Source of the DNA: a virus
Taxonomy: Duplodnaviria; Caudoviricetes
Virus record (IMG/VR): IMGVR_UViG_2821731843_000002
Strand: one strand, 5' to 3'
DNA length: 64,000 nucleotides
The notes below the pieces were generated by a model. It searched no databases. It saw only the letters and a list, made by a program, of their open reading frames with translations, and was not told the origin of the DNA. A program made the translations under genes and the position numbers. Positions 1-8,345 of the stretch are shown one piece after another (the first letter of the stretch is position 1; the number at the start of each line of letters is the position of its first letter).

Positions 1-790
1 CTAGGGCTGATGTATCCGGAATCCGTTCTTTGGCCGCTCTATTCTTGCTGCAGCTGTCTTGAATGGCTGCTTCGCAGAATCAAATTTTCTGCATCTGCCA
101 CGTATTTTTGTGCTGCGTGTGCACGCAGCGATATTTCGACATGTCTGCAGTGGGCTCCTACCAGCTGCTCGCTGCGCACCGCGCGAATGTCTGCTTTCGG
201 GAAGCGGCCAAGACTTTGCAAACTCCGTTAACTGCGCATAGCCGCCGTTGGGGCTGACCGCAGCGAAAGTCTGGAACCCGTTATTAGAGCAAAAACACTG
301 CAGTACAGCACCTAGGATTGAGAGCACAATGTATGAATTCATGTCAGTCACGAACGAGCGCATGATGTCATAGCTTCGCCTGAAATTGCTTTCTAGTTCC
401 AGCGCAAGAAAAGGCGCTCTGAGTTTTCGCACCGCCATGATTTCAAACGGTTATTCTCTATCTAGAAAGTCGGCAGTGAACAAAAAGGGCGACTTTCTAG
501 TTCCACGGCTCAAAAATCGCTGGAATTACCGGTGTCTGTGGCATGGGTGGTGGGCATCAGCCTTATTAATATGGCTCTCTGGCGGGCTGGTGGAATTTGC
601 AGAGTTTGGTGCCCCAATACCGGCCGAATGGCGATTTAAGCTCGTTTTAAGCCTTTTTGAAAGACACGCGCCCATTCTGTCCAGATCACGTTTCGTTATC
701 TTAAACGCTCATGTTTTTAAGGCTCTGTCCGGCTTCTTCCACCATCTTCCGGGCTCTTCCGGTTACTGCAATAATAGGTGTCCAACAACA
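1..790 (-). mobile_element. Left end (repressor-side end) of an upstream Mu-like element P0, truncated by the window
   Basis: 388-790 is colinear without indels (offset 38734) with the P1 left end 39122-39524. It ends in ...GTGTCCAACAACA, i.e. 5'-TGTTGTTGGACAC on the minus strand, with a GGACA-N7-TTGCA site at 767-783. Confidence 0.8.
388..790. repeat. 403-bp direct repeat, copy 1 (phage left end)
   Basis: Homologous to 39122-39524. Shared blocks include CTTTCTAGTTCCA, CTAGAAAGTCG, GGTGGAATTTGCAGAGTTTGGTG and CTTCCGGGCTCTTCCGGTTACTGCAATAA. Confidence 0.95.
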
Positions 791-801
791 TTTGGATATC
801 G

Positions 802-806
802 AGCGC
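802..806. repeat. 5-bp target-site duplication AGCGC, right-end side of P1
   Basis: AGCGC immediately precedes TGT at 807, and the same pentamer follows ACA at 39524. Mu-family DDE transposases make 5-bp duplications. Confidence 0.9.
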
Positions 807-852
807 TGTAGCCGGACAGACTTTCTTGCACGGATGGACAGAGATAGTTGCA
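807..852 (+). other. P1 right end with two tandem transposase-binding sites
   Basis: TGTAGCC, then GGACAGActttcTTGCA (814-830) and GGACAGAgatagTTGCA (836-852) at a 22-bp period. The same GGACA-N7-TTGCA motif starts at position 8 of the left end. Confidence 0.85.
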
Positions 853-893
853 GCAACTCGTTTTTGGATTGCTGCAGCTTTTCTTGGAAGAAC

Positions 894-1682
894 TCAAGTG
901 CTTATAGAAGGATATTCGAAACTGAGTTTTTCAATATATGGTTTGAACTCGTCATGGGCGACCTGGCCATATTCTTGGATAACTTGAGTGGCTGTCACTA
1001 GATCTTCGCCAATGTGTTCTGTGATACCGGCGAGAATGCGATTTAGTTGAGCTCCATGTTCATCCACTTGGGCCATATATTTTTTGGGTATTTTGGATTT
1101 TGCTATAGGTCCATCTAACTCTCGTGAGAAACCTGGGACGGTGTGAAGCCATTTGGAGAATTCTAGGTAGTCGGAAGAATATTGGTCTAACAGTTGAAGC
1201 AGATTTGCGGCTCGTTCCTCAACCATCTGTATTTTCCCGATGAGTTCAGAATGCTCCTTAGACAACAAAAAGCTATATTCTTCGACAGTTAATCGATCTG
1301 GCTCAAGGAACTTTCCGACCGAAGGACCAACAATCTGGAATGCTTGGTCTGCCTCATGCCCGTGCGCGTTTGCTTCCTCATAGAACTTATTGATGTGTTC
1401 ATCGACGTTTGCGACTAAGTTGGCCCATCTGGTCAACTTCAAGAAACCCGAAACTGCGCTGCTGGCGTTGTTTCTTATTCTTTCCTCTTCCCGTTTTTTT
1501 CTCTCTAGGGAATTGGAGAAGTAGAACATAGCCAACGCTGTTAAGAGCGCTATACCGCCTCCGATTACTGTAGGAATAATCGCCGACCAACTAAATGATG
1601 CGCTAGTGTCGGGGGCTTGAACGATGATAAATGAAACTCTCGCGTCGATGTCGGATAACCAACTAAAATAGCTTTGCAACAA
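894..1682 (-). CDS. Hypothetical membrane-anchored protein (accessory gene just inside the P1 right end)
   Basis: 262-aa ORF, visibly AT-richer than the phage core. Hydrophobic segment AIIPTVIGGGIALLTALAMFYF followed by a helical region. Confidence 0.7.
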   Translation of the reverse strand: MLQSYFSWLSDIDARVSFIIVQAPDTSASFSWSAIIPTVIGGGIALLTALAMFYFSNSLERKKREEERIRNNASSAVSGFLKLTRWANLVANVDEHINKFYEEANAHGHEADQAFQIVGPSVGKFLEPDRLTVEEYSFLLSKEHSELIGKIQMVEERAANLLQLLDQYSSDYLEFSKWLHTVPGFSRELDGPIAKSKIPKKYMAQVDEHGAQLNRILAGITEHIGEDLVTATQVIQEYGQVAHDEFKPYIEKLSFEYPSIST

Positions 1683-1764
1683 ATTGATGCCTTTCCATGC
1701 GAATATTGTAGATAAGTACTTCTACCACATCGAGTGGCCTTCAGTTTAGCAACTTTTGTCGAGT

Positions 1765-2574
1765 TTACGGGATATCAAAATTCCGTATCAACAGCTCACC
1801 ACGCTTCCCCCTGGCGGTTTCCTTGCGGGCCAGGGTGTAGCTGACCTCAACCTCTTCCATCTCAAACCCAGAAAAGATCTCGCGGATCTCGGGGGTGTCG
1901 TTGATCGACATCAGCGCCTTGCCCTTGGCTACCTTCATCCACTGCGCCAGGGCTTCAAAATCATCCGGTGCAAACATCGCCTTGCCATAATCGTCCTCGC
2001 AGCCCCAGTAGGGCGGGTCTAGGTAGAACAGTGCGGTGGGTCGGTCATAGCGGGTGATGAATTCGCTGTAGGGCAAGCATTCGATCACCACGCCGCTCAG
2101 CCGCGCATGAACGTCTTCGAGCATTGGTTCCAACGTTGATAGATTGAATCGGGCCGGGCGGTCCGGTGACACCCCGAAAGACCGCCCTGATATCTTGCCA
2201 CCAAAGGCGTTGCGCTGGAGATATAGAAACCGCGCTGCGCGCTCCAGATCGGTTAGGGTATCAGGCCGGGTGGCCACCAGGCGCTCGAACTCAACGCGGG
2301 TGGTGAGCTGGAACCGCATGCAGTCGATGAACTGCGGATAGTGGCGCTGCAGAATGCGAAACAGGTTGGCGATGTCGCGGCCGAGGTCGTTGATCACTTC
2401 GGCGCGCGGCCGCATCTGGCGGCGCAGGAAGATACCGCCCATGCCGACAAAGGGCTCGGCGTAAAGACCATGTGGGGTGGCGTCCAGGATCGCGGTGATC
2501 CGTTTGGCCAGGTTGCGCTTGCCGCCCATCCAGGGGGCAACAGGTGAGGTGTTTTGAACTGGGGTTAAACGCAC
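1765..2574 (-). CDS. DNA adenine methyltransferase (Dam/D12 class) at the Mu mom position
   Basis: Motifs PWMGGK, EPFVGMGG (motif I), NDL, and YLDPPY (motif IV). Likely GTG start at 2574 after GGAAAAGG, overlapping the com stop. Confidence 0.92.
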   Translation of the reverse strand: MRLTPVQNTSPVAPWMGGKRNLAKRITAILDATPHGLYAEPFVGMGGIFLRRQMRPRAEVINDLGRDIANLFRILQRHYPQFIDCMRFQLTTRVEFERLVATRPDTLTDLERAARFLYLQRNAFGGKISGRSFGVSPDRPARFNLSTLEPMLEDVHARLSGVVIECLPYSEFITRYDRPTALFYLDPPYWGCEDDYGKAMFAPDDFEALAQWMKVAKGKALMSINDTPEIREIFSGFEMEEVEVSYTLARKETARGKRGELLIRNFDIP

Positions 2575-2753
2575 TTTAAAGAGCCTTTTCCATCGCGGTC
2601 TTGCCGCTTGGATAAAGGGCTCTGTTGTGGCCTCAAGTGATTGTGTGCCTTGCATCTTGGGCACTTGATATTGAGCGCGCCGTGTAGGGCATCACTCTCA
2701 ATTTTAAATAGCAGCCGGGCACATTGGCCGCAACGCTGGTCTTGCATGGACAA
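2565..2753 (-). CDS. com: Com-family zinc-finger translational regulator
   Basis: 62 aa with RCGQCARLLFK...IKCPRCKAHN (two CxxC). TTG start preceded by GAGGTGA. Lies directly upstream of the methylase, as com does in Mu. Confidence 0.85.
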   Translation of the reverse strand: MSMQDQRCGQCARLLFKIESDALHGALNIKCPRCKAHNHLRPQQSPLSKRQDRDGKGSLKCV

Positions 2754-2899
2754 GTGGAATCACCTCAGAAAGGCCACACCCTCGCGAGGGGTGGGAGCGG
2801 CCATAAGGCGATAGCTGGTCGGCGGGGTTTAGTGTGAATATTAGGCCCCGTGTTAAGGAGTGTTACAGCACCCCTTAGCCTCCCTGTAAGGAGGCGTTA
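2587..2899. repeat. com module, near-identical to 42749-43060
   Basis: About 312 bp with scattered substitutions and one indel. Covers com, its leader with the palindrome CCCTCGCGAGGG (2779-2790) and the upstream hairpin. Confidence 0.95.
2878..2895 (-). terminator. Hairpin after the last tail gene (P1)
   Basis: GCCTCC-ctgtaa-GGAGGC right after the stop of the D-like gene. No U-tract is evident. Identical at 43039-43056. Confidence 0.45.
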
Positions 2900-3871
2900 T
2901 GCGTCGTTATCCCGCTCACCGTCAAAGCTGGTGATCAGGGTGTTGCCCAGGCGGTGGGTGACTTGTGTGACCAGCCATTTACCACTCAAACCTGGGTGTA
3001 TGCCCTGCAGATCGACAAAGCCCTCGGCCAGCAATCCGCCGTCAAATCCAGCCAGTTGGATGGACGCCTTACCACTGGCGCGTTTGCTGCTTTCCAGAGC
3101 GCTGTCTGCGGCGCGCTGCGCCTCATTTTGACTGGCATAACGGTGGCGCAGTTTTAGCAGCGGCTCACCATCGCCTGCGCTGACCTGGCGCACCTTTGCA
3201 GCGCCCAGTTCGGACCACTCGGCAATGACCTTACTGTACTTGCCCCGGCCGCTGGCCTTCCAGTTTCCCCGACTCATCTGGGTGACGTTGATAACTGGCA
3301 CTGGAAGGTCGGAGCCGTCGGCGGCTTTGCCGATCCCACGTTTGATAAAGACCAGCGCGCCGCCTGCCGGTTTGGCGGTGGCGTCGAGGTCGCGGGCGAG
3401 GCGGGTTAGGAAGTTCAAATCACTCTCAGCGGTCTGCGCCAGGTACCCATAAAAATGAGCCTTTAAGCTCTCTGCAACAGCAGTTTCAAGACCGTTTTCA
3501 CCGGCGATTTTGGCGACGATGTCCTGGACAGTAACGTCGTCCCAGTTGCGGGTTTTGGGGGCTTTGATGCCGCCCAACATGTCGGCCGCCTTGGCGCTGA
3601 TGGTGAGCGTGTTGGGGAACAGATCACCGGATAGCTCGTCAACCACATAGCGACCCATCGGCACCAGACCAGTCTCTTTGAGACCAAGGCTGATGTCCAG
3701 GACAGCACCCACGTCGGGCAGTTCAATGCGGTTGTCGCGGTTGTCCAAAGTGATTTGCGCCGTGTCAGATTTCTGGCCCGCTTGGTCGGTCAAGGTGAGG
3801 TTGACCAGGCGGTCCTTAAATTGGGCGGTTTGGTCCACAGAATTGGCGATGATTTGAAAGTCTGGCGTCAT
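2897..3871 (-). CDS. Baseplate hub / late control D protein (P2 gpD-like)
   Basis: Motifs LTLTDQAGQKSDTAQITLDN, YLAQTAESDLNFLTRLA and VTHRL. Follows X and U. Confidence 0.88.
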   Translation of the reverse strand: MTPDFQIIANSVDQTAQFKDRLVNLTLTDQAGQKSDTAQITLDNRDNRIELPDVGAVLDISLGLKETGLVPMGRYVVDELSGDLFPNTLTISAKAADMLGGIKAPKTRNWDDVTVQDIVAKIAGENGLETAVAESLKAHFYGYLAQTAESDLNFLTRLARDLDATAKPAGGALVFIKRGIGKAADGSDLPVPVINVTQMSRGNWKASGRGKYSKVIAEWSELGAAKVRQVSAGDGEPLLKLRHRYASQNEAQRAADSALESSKRASGKASIQLAGFDGGLLAEGFVDLQGIHPGLSGKWLVTQVTHRLGNTLITSFDGERDNDA

Positions 3872-3875
3872 GGCA

Positions 3876-4079
3876 TTAGCCCCAAAGTCGCAGCGGTTTG
3901 GCGACGGGTTCAACGGCTTTTTCCGGCAGGATCAACACCAGCCCAAGCGGCAAGACCGGTCCCCGTTTTGCAAGGCCCGGATTGGCTTCATAGACCAGCT
4001 CGACCATGGCCTCAGAGCCGTAGTGTGAGCGGCAAATGGCGTCGACCATATCGCCGTCTTTGGTGCGATAGTTGGTCAT
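3876..4079 (-). CDS. Tail protein X (LysM-like, P2 gpX)
   Basis: MTNYRTKDGDMVDAICRSHYG...VYEANPGLA...LPLGLVLILP. ATG at 4079. Confidence 0.88.
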   Translation of the reverse strand: MTNYRTKDGDMVDAICRSHYGSEAMVELVYEANPGLAKRGPVLPLGLVLILPEKAVEPVAKPLRLWG

Positions 4080-4477
4080 GCCAAATCCGTCCCGTATGAG
4101 CGCAGAGTTAGGGAGAATTCGATCTTGCGAGGTGCCCCGTCGCGCATCAGGTAGCTCTTGCGTTCTTCGACCCGCACAATCACCCAACGCTGCCAAACCC
4201 AACCCAACCCGTCGACCATCATGAACGGCAGGCCTGTTGTGGCCTGAAGCCGCATCAAATCGACCTGGCGCAACCCGCCTTTGAAGTGGGGGTAAATCAC
4301 CCCTTCCAGCGTGATTTCCTGCGCATCCGGCCCCCCGTATTGCAGGGCAGGCGCGCGGCCGATCCGGTTGACCTTGCGCCAGCGAAAGGCGGCACTGCGT
4401 GAGAGCTGCTGGTGGCCGCCATTACTCATACCAAACCGGAAAGCCCCAAGCGCCATCATGACTAAACCAAGTTGCAT
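4076..4477 (-). CDS. Tail tube initiator, P2 GpU family
   Basis: MMALGAFRF...LQYGGPDAQEITLEGVIYP...PRKIEFSLTL. Follows the tape measure gene. Confidence 0.88.
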   Translation of the reverse strand: MQLGLVMMALGAFRFGMSNGGHQQLSRSAAFRWRKVNRIGRAPALQYGGPDAQEITLEGVIYPHFKGGLRQVDLMRLQATTGLPFMMVDGLGWVWQRWVIVRVEERKSYLMRDGAPRKIEFSLTLRSYGTDLA

Positions 4478-7400
4478 TAGAATGTCGCTCCATCGTGTAA
4501 GTCGCTGCGCCGCGCATCCTCACGCGCATCGAGCTCGCGGCGCACTTCGCGCGCCACATCCTCGGGCGACATGCCGGGGGTTGGGTAAATGTTGAAGGTT
4601 ACTGTGTCGCCCTCCTGGACTATGGCTGGCGCGGCCGCAGGCGCTGACATTGCCGGGCGCTGGTCGATGCTTTGCAGGACCTCGGCCTGACTGGGCAGAG
4701 CGGCGGCCGGTGCGGTGATGGCAGAGGCTGCCATAGCGGCGCGCAACACGCGGGTGGGCAGGATTGAACCGGAAACACCGGGCACAAAGATCTCCGGTGA
4801 TCTCTCGCCAACAAGGTAGGGAATACCGGCCCGAACCGGACCGCCGCTGTCGCGCCCGGCCGGTTGGCTGGAGTTGGGGTCGTCGCCGCTGACCCAGTTC
4901 ATTACGTCGGTGATCCACTGGGGCTTTAAGGCGGCCAGTTTTGCAGTGATGGCGTCTACCATTTCCGTAAGGAGTGAACTCATACCGTCCCATAAGGATT
5001 GGAGCAGTGCGACGCCGGTATCATAGAGGCTGAACTCGGCAAACTTGGCGATAATCTCGTCGGGAACACCCATCAGTTCCATGGCGACGGCAACCATCCG
5101 GGCCGCGCCGTCTACCGCTGCGGTGAAGGGGTTGAATTTGGCAATCAGTTTGAAGACGCCATTCAGAATGCCGTCTTCCATATTCAGCCGGATCTCATCA
5201 ACCATTGCGCCCACAAGTGAGCCGAGCCCGTCCCATAGCGACTGGATCAGCGCGACGCCGGTGTCATAAAGACTGAAGGCCCGAAACGCCTCGACGATCT
5301 GTTCGGGAACGCCGAGCAGCTCCATCACATAGGCAATCAGACCCTGCATCCCCTCCATGGCCAGAGTGAAGGGATTGAACTCGGCCAGCAGTTTAAACAC
5401 GCCCTGCAATATACCCTGGTCAAAGGCCGCGCGCACCGCCTCAACTTTCTCAGTCAGAAAGGCCACCAACCGGTCCCAGTTTTGATAAACCACCAGGGCA
5501 AGTGCCGCGAGTGAGGTGATGATCAACCCAACCGGATTGGCCAGCATCAAAAGCCCCAATCGCCAAAAGGCCGTGGACAGCAGTTTGACCCCGCGCAATA
5601 GCGCCACCATCGGGCCTTTGCCAATCCAGGCCAGCAATCGGCCCGCCGCCCGAATTGGGGCCATGGGCAGTAGCCAGACCAGGCGCAGGGCCAGCCAGCC
5701 CCCATAAAGCTTGGCAACAGTTGCGACCAATCCGCTGTTGGCGCTGGTCCACTCTATTACTCGGCCGACCACACCGCCCAGGGCAGTGCCCGCATTGGTG
5801 CCCCAGCTTAGCCACTGCTGTTCGGTGGCATCCATTGGCCCGAGAAGGTTGGTGAACCACTGCCAGATCTCTTTGGCATAGGTGATAATGCTGTCGAGCA
5901 TTGGCGCGGCCGGGCCCAGGGCGTCGCGGAACGTCTGCCAGAACCCGACAAAGAAAGTCTGCAGGCCCTGCCAGTTGTTGTAGATCCACACTCCGGCCAT
6001 CGCGATCCCGACCAGCAGTGCGCCAACACCGGTGGCAATGAAGGCCAGACGCAGAGCAAACAGAGCGCCTCGGATCAGCTTTAAAGGGTTCAGCAGCGCC
6101 AGCAATCCAGCCGCAAGGCGGGGCAGCATCATCACCATCCAGGACGCGGCGCGAAACACATGCAGGATGGGCAGCAGCGTGGAAAACAGCCCCCAGCGCA
6201 AGCCAATGGAGGCGATCTTTACCGCAAGCAATCCAGCCGTGAGCCGGAACAGTTGGGTGATCAATTCCGGGTGGGCCTCAGCCCATTCAATGCTTGCGCC
6301 AATCATCGGCTGCAGCACCGCCAGCAGCTCGTTCAACTCGGGCAGCAAAATGGACCCGGCCGCAATGGCAAAGCCTTTGACAAAGTTGGTGGTGACCACG
6401 ATGGCATTGGCAGTGGTGGCGGCTTGCTTTTGGTATTCCGCCAGCATGGAGCCCGCATAATCTGACGGATCTGCGATCAGTTCAAACGCCTCGCGCAGCA
6501 GATCCACATTGGTCAACAGCGGTGCAATCGCGCCTTTGCTTTCCTCGCCAAATAGCTGGCTGATAGCGGCGCTCTGTTGGTATTCGGGCAGATCAGCCAT
6601 GGCATTGACCACGTCCAGAATTGCGCCCTGGGCATCTTCGTGCATTCGCTTGGACAGCGCCACCGGATCAAAGCCAAGGGCGTCCAGCACCTTTGCCTGT
6701 CGCTTGGTGACAGCCTCGCCTTTGGTCAGTGCGCCCAGAAAGTTTTTCATACCCGTGGCCGCCACTTCCGGCGCGGCACCACCCGATAGAAAGGCCCCGG
6801 CCAGCGCCGCGATCTCTTGTTCCACCAGCCCGGCCGACTGCGCCACAGCACCCTGGCGGCGGATGATATCCACCATCGCCGGGGCGGTGGCGTTCATGTT
6901 GTTAGAGATATGGTTGATCGCATCGCCAAGCCCCAGAGCATCACTTGCGGTCAGCTTCATGGCACTGCGCCAGGTCGCCATGGCCTGACCGGATTGCTCG
7001 GCCGTGATATCAAAGGCAACGCCCATCTGGGCCGCGTCGCGGGCAAAGGCCAGCAGTTGGTTGCGTTCCTCGTCGTCGGGCAGGGCAGAGTCGACAATGC
7101 CAGCCTGACCGGCCGCTTCAATAATCTCCGCAATGCCCTCGGCCGCCATTGGCAGGGCTCCGGACGTGGTGAGCGCCAGAATGTCGCTGCTCATTTTGTC
7201 CAGGCCCTCGGGGCTGTCAAAATCAATGACTTTTGAGACACCGGCCATTGCGGTCTCAAACTGGATGGCGGGCTGCAGGGCTTTGTAAAGCGCATAGCCA
7301 GTGGCGGCGACGGCAAAGGCCTCGCCGCGCAATGCGGCGCGGCGGGCCTCGGTGGCCGCAATCTGGGCATTGGCCCAGTCCACACCGTTGCGCCCGGTCT

Positions 7401-7512
7401 GTTCGGTGACATGGCCGATCTGTTGCAACGCACCCATGACCTGGCGGGCCGGGCCGCTGGCCCGGTCCACCAGATCCAGAATCAAAGCTACATTTAGATC
7501 ACCGACTGCCAT
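4477..7512 (-). CDS. Tape measure protein (TP901-type core)
   Basis: 1011 aa, Ala-rich. Motifs FETAMAGVSKV, QLFGEES and a hydrophobic mid-region. Downstream of the tail chaperone genes. Confidence 0.93.
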   Translation of the reverse strand: MAVGDLNVALILDLVDRASGPARQVMGALQQIGHVTEQTGRNGVDWANAQIAATEARRAALRGEAFAVAATGYALYKALQPAIQFETAMAGVSKVIDFDSPEGLDKMSSDILALTTSGALPMAAEGIAEIIEAAGQAGIVDSALPDDEERNQLLAFARDAAQMGVAFDITAEQSGQAMATWRSAMKLTASDALGLGDAINHISNNMNATAPAMVDIIRRQGAVAQSAGLVEQEIAALAGAFLSGGAAPEVAATGMKNFLGALTKGEAVTKRQAKVLDALGFDPVALSKRMHEDAQGAILDVVNAMADLPEYQQSAAISQLFGEESKGAIAPLLTNVDLLREAFELIADPSDYAGSMLAEYQKQAATTANAIVVTTNFVKGFAIAAGSILLPELNELLAVLQPMIGASIEWAEAHPELITQLFRLTAGLLAVKIASIGLRWGLFSTLLPILHVFRAASWMVMMLPRLAAGLLALLNPLKLIRGALFALRLAFIATGVGALLVGIAMAGVWIYNNWQGLQTFFVGFWQTFRDALGPAAPMLDSIITYAKEIWQWFTNLLGPMDATEQQWLSWGTNAGTALGGVVGRVIEWTSANSGLVATVAKLYGGWLALRLVWLLPMAPIRAAGRLLAWIGKGPMVALLRGVKLLSTAFWRLGLLMLANPVGLIITSLAALALVVYQNWDRLVAFLTEKVEAVRAAFDQGILQGVFKLLAEFNPFTLAMEGMQGLIAYVMELLGVPEQIVEAFRAFSLYDTGVALIQSLWDGLGSLVGAMVDEIRLNMEDGILNGVFKLIAKFNPFTAAVDGAARMVAVAMELMGVPDEIIAKFAEFSLYDTGVALLQSLWDGMSSLLTEMVDAITAKLAALKPQWITDVMNWVSGDDPNSSQPAGRDSGGPVRAGIPYLVGERSPEIFVPGVSGSILPTRVLRAAMAASAITAPAAALPSQAEVLQSIDQRPAMSAPAAAPAIVQEGDTVTFNIYPTPGMSPEDVAREVRRELDAREDARRSDLHDGATF

Positions 7513-7639
7513 GGTGCGTTGCCTCGTGTTGAGCTTTGAGCCGCTGTCGCGCTTTTTCGCGCCAGAGGGCCAGATCTTCGATGGGCAGGTCGTCCATCAC
7601 ATCGGGGGGCCAGTGAAAGACAAAGGCGATATCCGCCAT
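7499..7639 (-). CDS. GpE'-family tail chaperone extension, reached by -1 frameshift (not in the ORF track)
   Basis: MADIAFVFHWPPDVMDDLPIEDLALWREKA... in the -1 frame of 7666-7983. That frame is open from the slippery run at 7721-7727. Confidence 0.8.
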   Translation of the reverse strand: MADIAFVFHWPPDVMDDLPIEDLALWREKARQRLKAQHEATHHGSR

Positions 7640-7665
7640 TGCCTCTTCCACGTCGTCGGGAAAGC

Positions 7666-7983
7666 TTAGTTGACCGCTTCCAGCTCCAGCACCTGACCTT
7701 CCAACTGCTCCTGTTTGATGAAAAAAAGCATGGTCTTGCCCGCCAAATCGGTGAAGTCTTTCGGGTCCAGATCTGCAATCTGACTCTCGTTCAAGGGCGG
7801 CTGAGTGATGCGCGGCAGTAATTTGGTCAAAGCGCCTACGTCCATCTGCAGGATGCTGGTCAGAGCAAGGCCGCGCAGCTCTCCCGTTTTGGGTTTGCGC
7901 AGGGTGATTTCAAAGACGTCTTCGCCGTCGATCTGGACCGGCTCGACGAGGGTGACGGCGTTCAATTTGGTGATTTTTGACAT
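7666..7983 (-). CDS. Tail assembly chaperone (P2 gpE / Mu gp41-like)
   Basis: ITLRKPKTGELRGL...LLPRITQPPL...LDPKDF. ATG at 7983. Confidence 0.85.
   Translation of the reverse strand: MSKITKLNAVTLVEPVQIDGEDVFEITLRKPKTGELRGLALTSILQMDVGALTKLLPRITQPPLNESQIADLDPKDFTDLAGKTMLFFIKQEQLEGQVLELEAVN
7721..7727 (-). other. Programmed -1 ribosomal frameshift site (T TTT TTT)
   Basis: U7 run in the codons CTT TTT TTC near the chaperone 3' end. The -1 frame runs into the GpE' ORF, as in P2 E/E'. Confidence 0.75.
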
Positions 7984-7987
7984 GGGT

Positions 7988-8272
7988 TTAAATCCGATTT
8001 GAAGAGGGGGTTTTGGAAGTCTGTTTTGCTTCCAATTCGTCGAGACGTGTTCGCGCCTGCTCAATGGTCAGCTTCTCGTTGGTACTTCCCAGCAGACAGA
8101 GAAAGGCCCCGGCGAGAAAGACGATAAAGCCAGCCCATTGCATGGCGGTGCTGTCTACCAAAACACCAGGCCCAAAGAGAATGGCCACCAAAATCAACCA
8201 CTGAAGAATTACCAACCACATGGGAACATGTTTGTGGCGGTGGTCGATGACCTTGATATTCAAGCTGTCCAT
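7988..8272 (-). CDS. Small two-TM membrane protein inserted in the tail operon (moron-like)
   Basis: 94 aa with two hydrophobic helices and a GGAGG Shine-Dalgarno. Sits between the tube and chaperone genes. Confidence 0.65.
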   Translation of the reverse strand: MDSLNIKVIDHRHKHVPMWLVILQWLILVAILFGPGVLVDSTAMQWAGFIVFLAGAFLCLLGSTNEKLTIEQARTRLDELEAKQTSKTPSSNRI

Positions 8273-8301
8273 GGGGCCTCCAGGGAATATTGAATTAAGT
8301 T

Positions 8302-8330
8302 ATCGCAGGCGGCATCATACCGCCCGCGAT
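8302..8330 (-). terminator. Hairpin after the tail tube gene
   Basis: ATCGCaGGCGG-catcata-CCGCCcGCGAT, followed on the minus strand by an AT-rich stretch. Confidence 0.5.
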
Positions 8331-8345
8331 GTTAGGACCGGTCGC

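Noticed and set aside
1-438. 145-aa minus-strand ORF and short overlapping ORFs at the window start
   Set aside because: They cross the hairpin cluster and end repeats, with no recognisable domain.
386-811. Plus-strand ORFs 386-811 and 39270-39623 with similar translations
   Set aside because: The similarity comes from the repeated non-coding left end. The starts and stops are not conserved, and both ORFs run across the element boundary.
2575-2664. 30-aa N-terminal extension of the methylase shown in the ORF track
   Set aside because: It lies inside com in another frame. The same frame in P2' (42593-42826) leads nowhere, and GTG at 2574 has a Shine-Dalgarno.
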